DNA of 64,000 nt from assembly GCF_044704955.1 (NCBI RefSeq), contig NC_091978.1, positions 360,158,001 through 360,222,000 of the forward strand. The letters run 5' to 3'. The notes below the pieces were generated by a model. It was not told the DNA's origin and did not search any database. It saw only the letters and a program-made list of their open reading frames with translations. Source of the DNA: Pristiophorus japonicus. Its lineage: Eukaryota. Positions 25,201-40,200 of this stretch are shown piece by piece (positions within the stretch are counted from its first letter, which is position 1; every line of letters begins with the position of its first letter). A program made the translations under genes and the position numbers.

Positions 25201-28200
25201 ATGGTTTTGGGCAGTTTAGCAAGTTTTTATGTCAAATAATGAAACGGAGGAGGAATTTCTTTACACAGAGAGTGGCGAAAATGTGAAGACATGCTGCCAC
25301 ATTGAGTGGTTGAAGCAAATAGCATTGATGCATTTGAGAGGAGGCTTCAGGCATACATGAGGGAGAAGGGAATAGAGTGATACAGGGCAAGGTTGGAAGA
25401 GGTAACAGAGTGGGAGAAGGCTCGTGTGGAGCATAGACATGTTGGGCTGAATGACCTGTTTCTGTGGTGTTTAACCTATGTAATTAGAGGGCATTTTTAA
25501 TTGGTATGCACTGTGGCATAAACTAATTGACACTACATTAGCAATCCTACTTAGAGACAATGTTCCCTCTGGATTTCTTTTAGGCCGTGTGTGGCCCCTT
25601 TAACAGGCCGTGTGGCCCCTTTAACAGGCCGTGTGGCCCCTTTAACAAGCCGTGTGGCCCATTCAGCAACCCTCGCATCTGCGGTTTTTGCATTAAAAAG
25701 GCGGTGAGCCGATTGCACGGGAGCTCCAGACCTCTGCACAGCCCCGCAGCTTAAAGCGAGCATTGCTTAGAGAGGTCGCAAGGGTGGCTATAATGGGAAT
25801 TAGAAATGATTCATTTGAGCAACGGGCATGCTTTTTTTGATTCTGCTGCTGGACGATATTGTGTTCCAGCAGAGGGAGCTCTTGGGAACAGAACACAAGT
25901 GTAGTTGGTCTCCCAAGTGCTCAATGCTATCACTGTGTGCTTGAGAGAATTGGAGGGTGTCTCCTTCCTTAGCATTTCCTACCTCACTGACCACAAGGGT
26001 CAAAGGTTAACCTGGCTCCATTTTCATTTGTTTAAGTACAGGCAGTTGTGGAAAGCTGAAAAGAAAGTTCTGTGCTTTTGTTACCCCCAGACTCGACGAT
26101 TCCAATGCTCTCTTGGCGGGACTCCCACCCTTCATAAACTTGAACTTATCCAAAATTCATCCTAACCCGCACCCAGACCCCAATCACCCATCATCCCTGT
26201 GCTCGGTGATCTACATTGGCTCCCGGTTAGGCAACACCTTCATATTAAAATTCTTATCCTCGTGTTCAAATCCCTATCTCTGTGACCTCCTCCAGAATAT
26301 AACTCTCCAAGAATATCTCTCTGTCCAGCAATGCCTCAAATTTACAATTCTCATCCTTGTTTACAAATCCCTCCATGGCTTCGCCCCTCCCTATCTCTGC
26401 AACCTCCTCCGGACCTACAATTCTCCAAGAATTTGCATTGCTCCAATTCTGGGCTCTTGTGCATCACCCTAGTCCCTTCATCCCGCCATTGATAGCCGAG
26501 CACACATCCATCTATGTTGTAAGCTCTGGAATTCCCTCCTTCTAAGGGTTAAGTCATGGCAGGAGAGCTCGGTCACGTTATATGCTCCTCCTGTACTATG
26601 TGGGAACTCGGGGACACGTTCCGACTACGTGTGCGGGAAGTGTATCCACCTCCATCTCCTGACTGACCGCGTTGCGGAATTGGAGCTGAGGGTGGATTCA
26701 TTCTGGAGCATCCACGATGCTGAGAATGACGTGAGTAGCACGTGTAGCGAGTTGGTCTTACCGCAGGTGAAAGGTCCACAGCCAGATAGGGAATGGAAGA
26801 CCAGCAGGAAGAGCAGTGCAAGGAAGGTAGTGCAGGGGTCCCCTGCGGTCATCCCCCTACAAAACAGATACACCGTTTTGAGTACTGTTGAGGGGGATGA
26901 CTCATCAGGGGAGGGCAGCAGCAGCCAAGTGCATGGCACCATGGCTGGCTCTGCTGCACAGGAGGGCAGGAAAAAGAGTGGGAGAGCGTTAGTGATAAGG
27001 ATTCAATTGTAAGGGGAATAGATAGGCGTTTCTGCGGCTGCAACCGAGACTCCAGGATGGTATGTTACCTCCCTCGTGCAAGGGTCAAGAATGTCTCTGA
27101 GCGGGTGCAGGACATTCTGAAAAGGGAGGGTGAACAGCCAGTTGTCGTGGTGCACATTGGTACCAACGATATAGGTAAAAAAAAGGGATGAGGTCCTACG
27201 AGACGAATTTAAGGAGCTAGGAGCTAAATTAAAAAGTTGGACCTCAAAAGTAGTAATCTCGGGATTGCTACCAGTGCCACATGCTAATCAGAGTAGGAAT
27301 CGCAGGATAGCTCAGATGAATACGTGGCTTGAGCAGTGGTGCAGCAGGGAGGGATTCAAATTCCTGGGGCATTGAACCGGTTCTGGGAGAGGTGGGACCA
27401 GTACAAACCGGACGGTCTGCACCTGGGCAGGACCGGAACCAATGTCCCAGGGGGAGTGTTTGCTAGTGCTGTTGGGGAGGAGTTAAACTAATATGGCAGG
27501 GGGATGGGAACCAATGCAGGGAGACAGAGGGAAACAAAATGGAGACAGAAGCAAAAGACAGAAAGGAGATGAGTAAAAGTGGAGGGCAGAAAAACCCAAG
27601 GCAAAAAACAAAAAGCGCCACTGTACAGCAAAATTCTAAAGGGTCAAAGTGTAATAAAAAGGCAAGCCTGAAAGCTCAGTGTCTCAATGCGAGGAGTAAT
27701 CGGAGCCCAGGAGAGGGCTCTGAGCTAGTTAGAGTGGGTGAGAGCTCAGATGAACAGGACCCCAAGAAAGAATGCAAAAGGCAGGAGGCAACAGAGCAGA
27801 GTAGCACTGGGGTAAGTGTAAACCACAAGGTGATAGGAAGGGACAATATGTATGAATATCAAGGGGCTGCAGAAGAGGTCAAAACTAAAAATCATGGTTT
27901 AAAAACTAGTATTAAAACACTCTACCTAAACGCACGCAGCATTCGAAATAAAGTAAATGAGTTGACAGCACAAATCATTACAAATGGGTATGATTTGGTG
28001 GCCATTACAGAAACATGGTTGCAGGGTGGCCAAGACTGGGAATTAAACATACAGGGGTATCTGACAATTCGGAAAGATAGACAAGAAGGGAAAGGAGGTG
28101 GGGTAGCTCTGTTAATAAAGGATGATATCAGGGCAGTTGTGAGAGACGATATTGGCTCGAATGAACAAAATGCTGAATCATTGTGGGTGGAGATTAGAGA

Positions 28201-31200
28201 TAGTAAGGGGAAAAAGTCACTGGTGGGCATAGTTTATAGGCCCCCAAATAATAACTTCACGGTGGGGCGGACAATAATCAAGGGAATAATGGAGGCATGT
28301 GAAAAAGGAACGGCAGTAATCATGGGGGCTTTTAACCTACATATCGATTGGTCAAATCAAATCGCACGGGATAGCCTTGACTTCACAGAATGCATACGGG
28401 ATTGTTTCTTAGAACAGTATGTTACAGAACCTACAAGGGAGAAAGCTATCTTAGATCTGGTCCTGTGTAATGAGACAGGAATAATAAACGATCTCCGAGT
28501 AAAAGATCCCCTCAGAATGAGTGATCACAGTATGGTTGAATTTGTAATACAGATTGAGGGTGAGGAAGTAGTGTCTCAAATGAGCGTACCAAGCTTAAAC
28601 AAAGGGAACTATAGTGGGATGAGGGCAGAGTTGGCTAAAGTAGACTGGGAACACAGACTAAACAGTGGCACAATTGAGGAACAGTGGAGGACTTTTAAGG
28701 AGCTCTTTCATAGTGCTCAACAAAAATATATTCCAGTGAAAAAGAAGGGCGATAAGAAAAGGGATAACCAGCCGTGGATAACCAAGGAAATAAAGGAGAG
28801 TATCAAATTAAAAACCAATGTGTATAAGGTGGCCAAGGTTAGTGGAAAACTAGAAGATTGCAAAATTTTAAACGACAGCAAAGAATGACTAAGAAAGCAA
28901 TAAAGAAAGATAGATTACGAAAGTAAACTTGCGCAAAACATAAAAACAGATAGTAAAAGCTTTGACCGATATATAAAACGGAAAAGAGTGACTAAAGTAA
29001 ATGTTGGTCCCTTAGAAGATGAGAAGGGGGATTTAATAATGGGAAATGTGGAAATGGCTGAGACCTGAAACAATTATTTTGCTTCGGTCTTCACAGTGGA
29101 AGACACAAAAACCATGCCACGAATTGCTGGTCACGGGAATGTGGGAAGGGAGTACCTTGAGATAATCACTATCACTAGGGGGGTAGTGCTGGACAGGCTA
29201 ATGGGACTCAAGGTAGACAAGTCTCCTGGTCCTGATGAAATGCATCCCAGGGTATTAATAGATGGCAGAAGTTATAGCAGATGCATTGGTTATAATCTAC
29301 CAAAATTCTCTGGACTCTGGGGAGGTACCATCGGATTGGAAAGCAGCTAATGTAACGCCTCTGTTTTAAAAAAGAGGGCAGACAAAAGGCAGGTAACTAT
29401 AGGCCAGTTAGTTTAACATCTGTAGTGGGGAAAATGCTTGAAACTATCATTAAGGAAGAAATAGCGGGACATCTAGATAGGTATAGTGCAATCAAGCAGA
29501 CGCAACATGGATTCATGAAGGGGAAATCATGTTTAACTAATTTACTGGAATTCTTTGAGAGGATATAACGAGCATGGTGGATAGAGGTGTACTGATGGAT
29601 GTGGTGTATTTAGATTTCCAAAAGGCATTCGATAAGATGCCACACAAAAGGTTACTGCAGAAGATAAAGGTACGCGGAGTCAGAGGAAATGTATTAGCAT
29701 GGATCGAGATTTGGCTGGCGAACAGAAAGCAGAGAGTCTGGATAAATGGGTCCTTTTTCAGGTTGGAAATCGGTGGTTAGTGGTGTGCCACAGGGATCGG
29801 TGCTGGGACCACAACTGTTTACAATATACATAGATGACCTGGAAGAGGGGACAGAGTGTAGTGTAACAAAATTTGCAGATGACACAAAGATTAGTGGGAA
29901 AGCAGGTTGTGTAGAGGACACAGAAAGGCTGCAAAGAGATTTAGATAGGTTAAGCGAATGGGCTAAGGTTTGGCAGATGGACTACAATGTCGAAAAATGT
30001 GAGGTCATCCACCTTGGAAAAAAAACCAGTAAAAGGGAATATTATTTGAATGGGGAGAAATTACAACATGCTGCGGTGCAGAGGGACCTGGGGGTCTTTG
30101 TGCATGAATCCCAAAAAGTTAGTTTGCAGGTGCAGCAGGTAATCAGGAAGGCGAATGGAATGTTGGCCTTCATTGCGAGAGGGATGGAGTACAAAAGCAG
30201 GGAGGTCCTGCTGCAACTGTATAGGGTATTGGTGAGGCCGCACCTGGAGTACTGCGTGCAGTTTTGGTCACCTTGCTTAAGGAAGGATATACTAGCTTTG
30301 GAGGGGGTACAGAGACGATTCACTAGGCTGATACCGGAGATGAGGGGGTTACCTTATGATGATAGATTGAGTAGACTGGGTCTTTACTCGTTGGAGTTCA
30401 GAAGGATGAGGGGTGATCTTATAGAAACATTTAAAATAATGAAAGGGGTAGACAAGATAGAGGCAGAGAGATTGTTTCCACTGGTCGGGGAGACTAGAAC
30501 TAGGGGGCACAACCTCAAAATACGGGGGAGCCAATTTAAAGCCGAATTGAGAAGGAATTTCTTCTTCCAGAGGGTTGTGAATCTGTGGAATTCTCTGCCC
30601 AAGGAAGCAGTTGAGGCTAGCTCATTGAATGTATTCAAATCACAGATAGATAGATTTTTAACCAATAAGGGAATTAAGGGTTATGGGGAGCGGGCGGGTA
30701 AGTGGAGCTGAGTCCACGGCCAGATCAGCCATGATCTTGTTGAATGGCGGAGCAGGCTCGAGGGGCTAGATGACCTTCTCCTGTTCCTAATTCTTATGTT
30801 CTTATGTTCTTATGTTATGAACCTCTCCGCCTCTGCACCTCTCTCTTCCTTTAAGACCCCTCTAAAAACCTGCTTCTTTGATCAAGTTTTCCCTCACCTG
30901 TCCTTCTCGCTCCTTCTTTGGCTCGGTGTCAGCTTTTGTCTCATTACGCGCCTTGGCAAGTTTTACTTTCTTAAAAGTACTGAAGAAATTCTGCTTGTTG
31001 ACTTTCTCACCAGCAGACACAGATGTAAAAGGAGGGATCTCAATGGATTGGTTCATATGAGTAATGTTTCCCACCCCATTGGTCTCCCATTGCCTACTGA
31101 TAACAATGCAATTGAGAGTGTGCTGTTGCATCTGTTCATCAGCTGTTATGAATAGAAAGTGAAGGAGATTCAGTGACATAATGTAATGTATTTCCTTTGC

Positions 31201-34200
31201 TTAAGAATTCATTACATCACATTGCTGTTCAGAACTAGTTACATAAGAATATAACGTAAGAAATAGGAGCAGGAGAAGGCTATATGTCCCCTCGAGCCTG
31301 CTCCGCCATTTAATACGATCATGGCTGATCCGATCATGGACTCAGGTCCACTTCCCTGCCCGCTCTCCATAACCTCTTATCCCCTTATCGTTTAAGAAAC
31401 TGTCTATCTCTGTCTTAAATTTATTCAATGTCCCAGCTTCCACAGCTCTCTGAGGCAGCTAATTCCACAGATCCACAACCCTCTGAAAGAAGAAATTTCT
31501 TCTCATCTCTGTTTTAAATGGGCGGCCTCTTATTCTAAGATTATGCCCTCTAGTTCTAGTCTCCCCTATCAGTGGAAACATCCTCTCTGCATCCACCTTG
31601 TCAATATAGATTGTAAATAGTTGCGGTCCCAGCACTGATCCCTGCAGCACCCCATTGATTACTGATTGACAAGGTCCCACACAAGAGATTGGTGTGCCAA
31701 ATTAAAGCACATGGTATTGGGGGTAATGTACTGATGTGGATAGAGAACTGCTTGGCAGGCGAGAAGCAGAGAGTCGGCATAAACGGGTCCTTTTCAGAAT
31801 GGCAGGCAGTGACGAGTAGGGTACCGCAGGGCTCATGGCTGGGACCCCAGCTATTTACAACATACATTAATGATTTGGATGAATGAATTGAGTGTAATAT
31901 GACACTAAACTGGGTGGCGGTGTGAGCTGTGAGGAGGATGCTAAGAGGCTGCAGAGTGACTTGGACAGGTTAAATGAGTGGGCAAATGCATGGCAGATGC
32001 AGTGTAATGTGGATAAATGTGAGGTTATCCACTTTGGGGGCAAAAACACAAAGGCAGAATATTATCTGAATGGTGGCAGATTAGGAACAGGGGAGGTACA
32101 ACGAGACCTGGGTGTCATAGTACATCAGTCATTGAAAGTTGGCATGCAGGTACAGCAGGCGGTGAAGAAGGCAAATGGTATGTTGGCCTTCATAGCGAGA
32201 GGATTTAAGTATAGGAGTAGGGAGGTCTTACTGCAGTTGTACAGGGCCTTGGTAAGGCCTCACCTGGAATACTGTGTTCAGTTTTGGTCTCCTAATCTGA
32301 GGAAGGACGTTCTTGCTATTGAGGGAGTGCAGCGAAGGTTCACCAGACTGATTCCCGGGATGGCTGGACTGACATATGAGGAGTGACTGGATCGACTGGG
32401 CCTTTATTCACTGGAGTTTAGAAGGTTGAGAGGATCTCATAGAAAAATATAACATTTTGACAGGACTGGACAGGTTAGATGCAGGAAGAATGTTCCCGAT
32501 GTTGGGGAAGTCCAGAACCAGGGGACACAGTCTAAGGATAAGGGGTAAGCCATTTAGGATGATGAGGAGAAACTTCTTCACTCAGAGAGTTGTTAACCTG
32601 TGGAATTCCCTGCCACAGAGAGTTGTTGATGCCAGTTCATTGGATATATTCAAGAGGGAGTTAGATAGGCCCTTACGGCTAAGGGGATCAAGGGGTATGG
32701 AGAGAAAGCAGGAAAGCGGTGAATGAGGTGAATGATCAGTCATGATATTGAATGGTGGTGCAGGCTCGAAGGGCCGAATGGCCTACTTCTGCACCTGTTT
32801 TCTATGTTTCTATGTTTCTAACCCGAGAATGAACCAATTATCTCAACTCTCTGTTTTCTGTTACTTAGCCAATCCTCTACCCATGCTAATGTATTACCCC
32901 CAACCTGTAATTTTTTTATCTTGTGCAGTAACCTTTTATGTGGCACCTTGTCAAATGCCTCCTGGAAATCCAAAAACACCACACCCACTGGTTCCCCTTT
33001 GTCCACCCTGTTTGTTACATCCTCAAAGAATTCTAGCAAATTTGTCAAACATGACTTCCCCTTCATAAGTTCATGCTGACTCTGCCTGACTGAATTTTGC
33101 TTTTCCAAATGTTCTGCTCCTGCTTCTTTAATAATGGACTCTTTAACATTTGCGCAACCACAGATATTAGGCTAACTAGTCTATAGTTTCCTGATTTTTG
33201 TCTACCTCCTTTTTTAAATAGGAGCGTTACATTTGCAGTTTTTCCAATCAGTTGGTTTATTAGCAAAAATTTAACAACCACTCTACGCATTACCAGTTCA
33301 TCCACTAGGCTCACAACTGCATATCTCATCGTAGATGACCAAGACTCAACTGACTGGGGTTTTATTGAGTCTTGTGAACATCACATGACTGGCTAAGCCA
33401 CCCCCAATGAAACAGCTCCAGAAAGCTGTGAGCCTACTCACAGGTGCATACATTACACATGCATGACATCACGAATCACAGCTTCATGTTTTACATATTA
33501 CCTTAAAATACAAGTCATTGAGATGTAAATCATTGTGACGTTTAGTCATTCTCAAGATACAGTAATCAATTGGTCGGATGTTACAGTGCATGTGACAATC
33601 GCACTAATATCTAAATCTGCCGTCCACATGCAAGCTAGGAAGCAGCGACGATGACTGTGTGACACAAGCAACCTGATTTTATTTGCCGACTTTCATTGTT
33701 TAGTTATCACACCATCGCCTACATCCCATCCTCTGATCTCGTCGTTTCGTTTGGCTTTGCAATCCAAGGAACTTTGGAGAATGATTCGACAAGGAGCCGA
33801 GTTCATCCAGGTAATGGCACTGCAGTAACTTAGTAATTCCAGACTTCGCATTTAGTGTCTTCTGCCGATCAAATGGGCAACGTGAGCTCATTTTCCCCGA
33901 ATGGAATCATCACTAGTACAATCACCCTTTTTTTTTTCCGGTTCCTTCTGAATACTATTTGCATTAAAGGTAAAGTGATTTTAAATCTGCAGGACTTTTA
34001 TAGCCGGAAATCCCAGAAGATGCTGATCCAATATTGCTATCACCTGATTTTCACCTGTTCCCTGGGATTTCCCGTTCCTTTCCTTCATTTTGTTTACATT
34101 TCTGTCATTATTCATCTTCGGCTGGTGGCCCCGTGGCATTGCTCACACAGATTCAGGATAAAGCAAATTTCCCAGAGTGCACGAGTGTTCCTGTCAGTAT

Positions 34201-37200
34201 CGGTAGCTCAATGGTTATGTTACTGGACTAGTAATCTGGAGACATGAGTTCACAATCCCATCATGGCAGCTGGGGAATTTAAATTCAGTCGATTAAATAA
34301 ATCTGGAATAAAAAGCTCGTGTCAGTAATGGTGACCATGAAACTACTGGGTTGTCGTAAAAACCCGTCTGGTTCACTAAAGTCCTTTACGGAAGGAAATC
34401 TGCCGCCCTTACCTGCTCTGGCCTATATGTGACTCCAGTGGTTGACTTAGCTGCCCTCTGAAATGGCCTAGTAAGCCACTCTGTTCTATAAGGTGGCTTA
34501 CCACCTTCTCAAGGGAAATTGGGGATGGGCAATAAATGCTGACCTTGCCAGCAGTGCCCCCATTGAGTGAACGAATGAAACAAAGGTATGGGCATCGGCA
34601 GCTCCGGAGCCGATGTGGCACCATCTAGTGGTAGAGGCGTGCAGCTGCAGGCGTGACAGTATGACACATAGCTTTATAATGGGGAAATACCATTAAGGCG
34701 TCATCTTGAGGCCCGGCAGAATAGCGATGCCCAAATAAGGAGTGTGTGACATGCATAGTACAGTTAACATGCTGTAGGTGATCATTATTTTCTCTTAAAT
34801 GTTCATGGTAGCACAAATGTCTGCTTCCATCAGGGATACTGGTGTGATCAAGCTTCCTGGCGCACTTCCTGGTTTACTTTGCGACACTAAGAAAGTGTCC
34901 AGTTAAATATTATTATTGTTTGTTACAGAGTCACAAAATGCCAAAGTTCACAAGATTTTTGCAGGAGCAAACATCAATTTCATTCAGACTCGGGTAAGCT
35001 CGCTTGCTGTCTGCATGGTGAGATATCAATACAAAATGACTTTTTTGTATTTTAGTCCTCAAACTATGAGGTATGGACTGTGTCTGAGTTGACTTACCTG
35101 TGTAACTGGGCAATATCTCAGGGTTCCCCCATTAGCACAAAGTGAGGGCCTTACTTTTAAGTTGAGGGTTTGTTTCTTTTGTTTTATTTGACATTTCTTC
35201 ATCCTTGATTTGTCTTTCGGATGAGACGTTGAACCGAGGCCCCATCTGCTCCCTCAGGTGGATGTAAAAGATCCCATGGCACTATTTCGAAGAAGAGCAG
35301 GGGAGTTATCCCCGGTGTCCTGGCCAATATTTATCCCTCAATCAACATAATTAAAACAGATTATCTGGTCATTATCACACTGCTGTATGTGGGAACTTGC
35401 TGTGCGTAAATTGGCTGCCGCGATTCCTACATTACAACAGTGACTACACTTCAGAAGTACTTTACATTGGCTGTAAGCGCTTTGGGACGTCCTGAGGTTG
35501 TGAACAGTGCTATAAAGATGCAAGTCTTTCTTTTCCTTCCTTCTTTTCTCTGAAGGCACGTACTTACAATCGTGACTTCACTCCAAAAGTACTTCATTGG
35601 CTGTAAAGCGCTTTGAGATGTACGGTAGTCATGAAAGGCGCTATATAAATGCAAGTCTTTGTTTTCTTTTTATGCCTGCATTGTGGCTCCACCACAGGCA
35701 AGAGCCATTGTCTCTTTACCTTTCGCGAGTGGCCATTCTCCATGTGTGATTCGAGGCTGTAATTGGAAGCGTGCTATTCAACCACGGAGGGCTTCAACAG
35801 CCCGACCCTGTTGTCAGCCAACGTCAGCACATGGCCACCTGGCAGCTGGAGCCACTGGATAGTGATCAGGAGCGGGAACCTCGGTGGATTTTTCCTCTTT
35901 CCTAGTCCACATAACCAAGGCCAGAGGTAGCACATCTTCTGCTGTCCTGGCTGAGGTTAACTATTCATCAACCTGGGATTGATCCTGGGATCTTCCGGAA
36001 TTGTTTGCTTCAACAACGGCCCAGCTGGTATATTTACCCATTTGTTAACCGGGAGGGCTAGTTGTGAGAAATCTGTGGGGAAGGGAGATAGAGGCAGGGA
36101 AGAGGTATCGTGCTACTTCCCAAAATCCTTATACGTGCTCTTCACAAAATTCAATTCCTATAGCCAAGTCCCACTTCCTATGACGAAAAGCTTGACTTAT
36201 GCATGAAATATTGGGGTTAGTGCACCACAAGGCCAAGAATACAGGATGTCACTCTCTCGACTTGATCTCACTGAATCAGCAGAAAAATACAGGCTAAACT
36301 ATTAGTTGAATTTATTGTAAGAAGTAGAATTATAGATTCCCATTGAATAGCAGAAAGCTGCATGACTCCATTGACCAATGCATTTGGACTGCTGAATTCC
36401 CTAATCTCCAGGGGGAATTGCTGGTGATTGAGTGGGTCACGGGACTCAATGTCATTGCCTGCATGACCAAAAAAGGGCCTGCAATCCATGAATGTGCAGT
36501 TGGTCAATGATCAAGAACATGCAGAGCAACGCCCACTTTTCAGGCAGCAGTGCTAATGCCTGAATTCCAAGGCTGCACTTGGCTTATTTGATGGGCGATG
36601 GCAGGGAGGAAGGAGATCACCTCAGAGACCAAGGCTATCTTTTCCAGCCCAGCCTAATGACACCCTTATTGAAGCCACAGACAGAAGCAGAGCACAGATA
36701 CAAAGCTTAGGCTACCACCAGGATTATTACAGAACACATAATTGGCATTTTGAAACTGTGCTTCGAATGCCTTGACAGATCAGGGTGCCTTATGGGGAAG
36801 TCCCGATACGTGTCTCCAAGATCAGCGTGGTGTGCTGCATGACTTTCCTATATATAGAAGCCTAACCATTGAAGAACAGGAGGAAACTATCACGCAACCA
36901 AGGCCAAAGCAGGACGCATACACTTAGCCACTCGCCTTCTGATAGCCACTGCAGCCCTTTACTTGGCCGTAGCCGAGCCGGAATTCCCAACCCCCACTCC
37001 TGCACATCCGTACTCCAGCAGGGCACACGTTCAAGCTGCAACTTACAGCTAAAATCCACTGCATACTCTAATCTTAGAGCTTCACACTGAAGATCGTTCC
37101 CACCAAACCTAGCCGTATGATGCATGTCCATGGGCTCACACACGTGCTGGGAGGGCAGGTGGACACTTGCCATAGGGGCTCCCGATGGTGGTCAAATTCC

Positions 37201-40200
37201 ATGCCGGAATAGCCAATTCCAGAAGGTTTTGGGCAAGAGCAGCCATGCTCCAGGTGCACAGCCCAATGCAGACCGTTCCCACAACTGGGCTGCCCAACAC
37301 GGAATACAACAACAACAAACATTTATATAGCGCCTTTAACATAGTAAAACGTCCCAAGGCGCTTCACAGCGATTATAATCAGGGATAGTCAAGGTGGGAG
37401 AACTTGACCCACCCAGACAGATCCTAGAACTCACTGTTGCCGATTAATTTGTGGATACTCTCTATGCTGGCCTCAAATTGCTCTCCCCGTTATTTTATGA
37501 CTGTTAATTGTGGTGGGTATTAATTGGGGACCCTCTTGTGTTTATATATATATATGGGAGCGGGCTCGGGAAGGGCAAGGAAGCCTATGTTGAGGTTGCA
37601 CGGTATGTAATGTGTGTCTCTGTAAATAAAGGGCTGTAAGTGACTGAAGACTGGGCTCGAGTATTCTATCCTTCATCACCTGGCTAACCGACTGTTAAAT
37701 GAATAGCATCTAGCATTTCTAACCTTGGATGTACAAAAGTGCCCTCTGCATCTATAATATCAGGCTAAAATACCAGTTGATAGCATATTAAAGTATATTT
37801 TTTTACATTTGCGTATTATCTCACTTGTGGTTCATAAAGAATACTGCATGTTATGCCACTGGAGACCGAATTCATATGTCAGCAGGATCCCTTGCGCTGT
37901 GGACCTCACTCCTGCATATATTCTACAGTCAGTGGATTGCTGTCACGTGTACTACCTTTTAAGAACATAAGAATTAGGAGCAGGAGTGGGCCATTCAGCC
38001 CCTCGAGCCTGCTCCACCATTCAGTAAGATCATGGCTAATCTTCTACTTCAACTCCACTTTCCTGCATTGTCCCCATATCCCTTGATTCCCTTAATATCC
38101 AAAAATCTATCGATCTCTGTCTTGAGTATACTCAACGATTGAACCTCCACAGCCCTCTGGAGTAGAGACTTCCAAAGATTCACCACCCTCTGAGTGAAGA
38201 AATTTCTCCTCATCTCAGTCCTAAATGACTGACCCCTTATTCTGAGACAGTGACCCCCGGTTCTAGATTCCCCAGCCAGGAAACATCCTCCCTGCATCTA
38301 CCCTGTCAAGCCCTGTAAGAATTTTGTATGTTTCAATGAGATCACCTCTCATTCTTCTAAACTCGAGAGAATATAGGCCTAGTCTACTTAATCTCTCCTC
38401 ATAGGACAATCCCCCCATCCCAGGAATCAGTCTGGTGAACCTTCATTGCACTCCCTCTGTGGCAAGTATATCCTTCCTTGGGTAAGGAGACCAAAACTGT
38501 ACACAATACTTCAGGTGTGGTCTCACCAGGGTCCTATGTGATTAAGTAAAATATCTTTACTCTTATACTCAAATCCTTTGTATTAAAGGCCATTTAACTA
38601 AGGTCACACGAGCTACCGATTGAATTAAACTGTTTTACAAATCTGCCGATTCACTCTCTAATTACCTGGCTTGCTTTTGCAGCTTCCATTGCCTGCAGCT
38701 GACTTCCGCCTCAGAGACAGTGCACAGCAGATCCTCACCATGGATGAAACCCTTGTCGATAAATGGATCAACACAGCTGTTTACAGCACAGAAAGAAAGA
38801 ATGCAGAAGAGTCAGCACTCTTTATATCTTTCATTTCTGTTCTAAGCATTTTTATAAGTGAAGTACTCACCCATAGCAGCTGAAAATATTAGCGATGTTC
38901 CGTGAATTCACAGCAGTGGGTCACTCTAGTGGCACAGCTCATTGGAGAACAAGCTGTCTGTGTCATGGAGAAGTAATATCATAGAATCACGTGGCACAGA
39001 ATGAGGCAATTCGGACCATCATGCCTGTGCCGGCTCTTTGAAAGATCTATCCAATTAGTCCCGCTCCACTGCACTGTCCCCATAACCCTGCAAATTTTTC
39101 CTTTTCAAATATGTATCTATTTCCCTTTTGAAAGTAATTATTGAATCTGCTTCCACCGACCTTTCAGGCAGTGCATTCCAGATCATAACAACTGGGTATG
39201 TATGCACCTCTCTGTCTGTGATTTTCCCATGTAGTGAGTTCACTATCTCGGTGGTACCACACCAATGGAGCTACTTTGCCAATAAAGAATATCTAATTCA
39301 ATCCAGGTCTCTCTCTTGTGCCACACAATAGTCAGTTACCAAGCAGTGGTGGCATTAGATTGGGTGATGTGAGAAGTCAAAGAAGGGACACAATGCTTGT
39401 ACTGTATTTGCTTTATGGGTTTGTTGCTTAAGAATTCATAGCAACATATTGCTATTTAGAACTAGTTGGTTTATTAACAAAAGGTTTAACAATCACACTG
39501 CACATTACCAGTTCATCTAGCAGGCTCAAAACCACCTGCCTCATCGTGGGTCCCCCGAACCCAACTGGCTGGGGTTTTATTGAGTCTTGTGAACATCACG
39601 TGACTGGCTAAGCCACTCCCAACTCAACAACTCTACAACTATTTTGAGTTGAATCAGTAATCAAGTGCCCCCTGATTAAAGGCGGGGGCGGGGAGGGACA
39701 CCAAAAACTTTTCAAGAGCCTCATTGCTTTTTTTTGACGGCACTAGAAACACAAATTATGCAAGTTCCCCCTGGCTAAAGGTGGTGGGGGTGTGGGGGGG
39801 GGGCACTAAACCCGACAACTTAAACAAATTAAACTTTAGACATTAAAATCAAATTAAAATTTGGTTGCCGGGGGTGATGATGCACTCCAGTCCCTCAGGC
39901 GCCCACCTCTCGCGGAAGGCCATGAGCGTACCTCAACAGCTCTACAACTATTTTGTTGTAAGACAATAAACAAGTGCCGCCTATTTAAAGGGGGTGGTGG
40001 GGCACACTCCAAAAACTTTTCAGGTGTCCCCTTGTAAACCTGTGAGCATACTCACAGGTGCACACGTTACAATGCTATCTACAAATTGAGACTGAATAAA
40101 TATAGAGAGGGAAAGCACTTAGTGGGAAAAATTATTGATTAAATGTCCCCTTCATTGAACTGTCTGAAATAGAAGACATTGAACGATCTACACATGCTCA

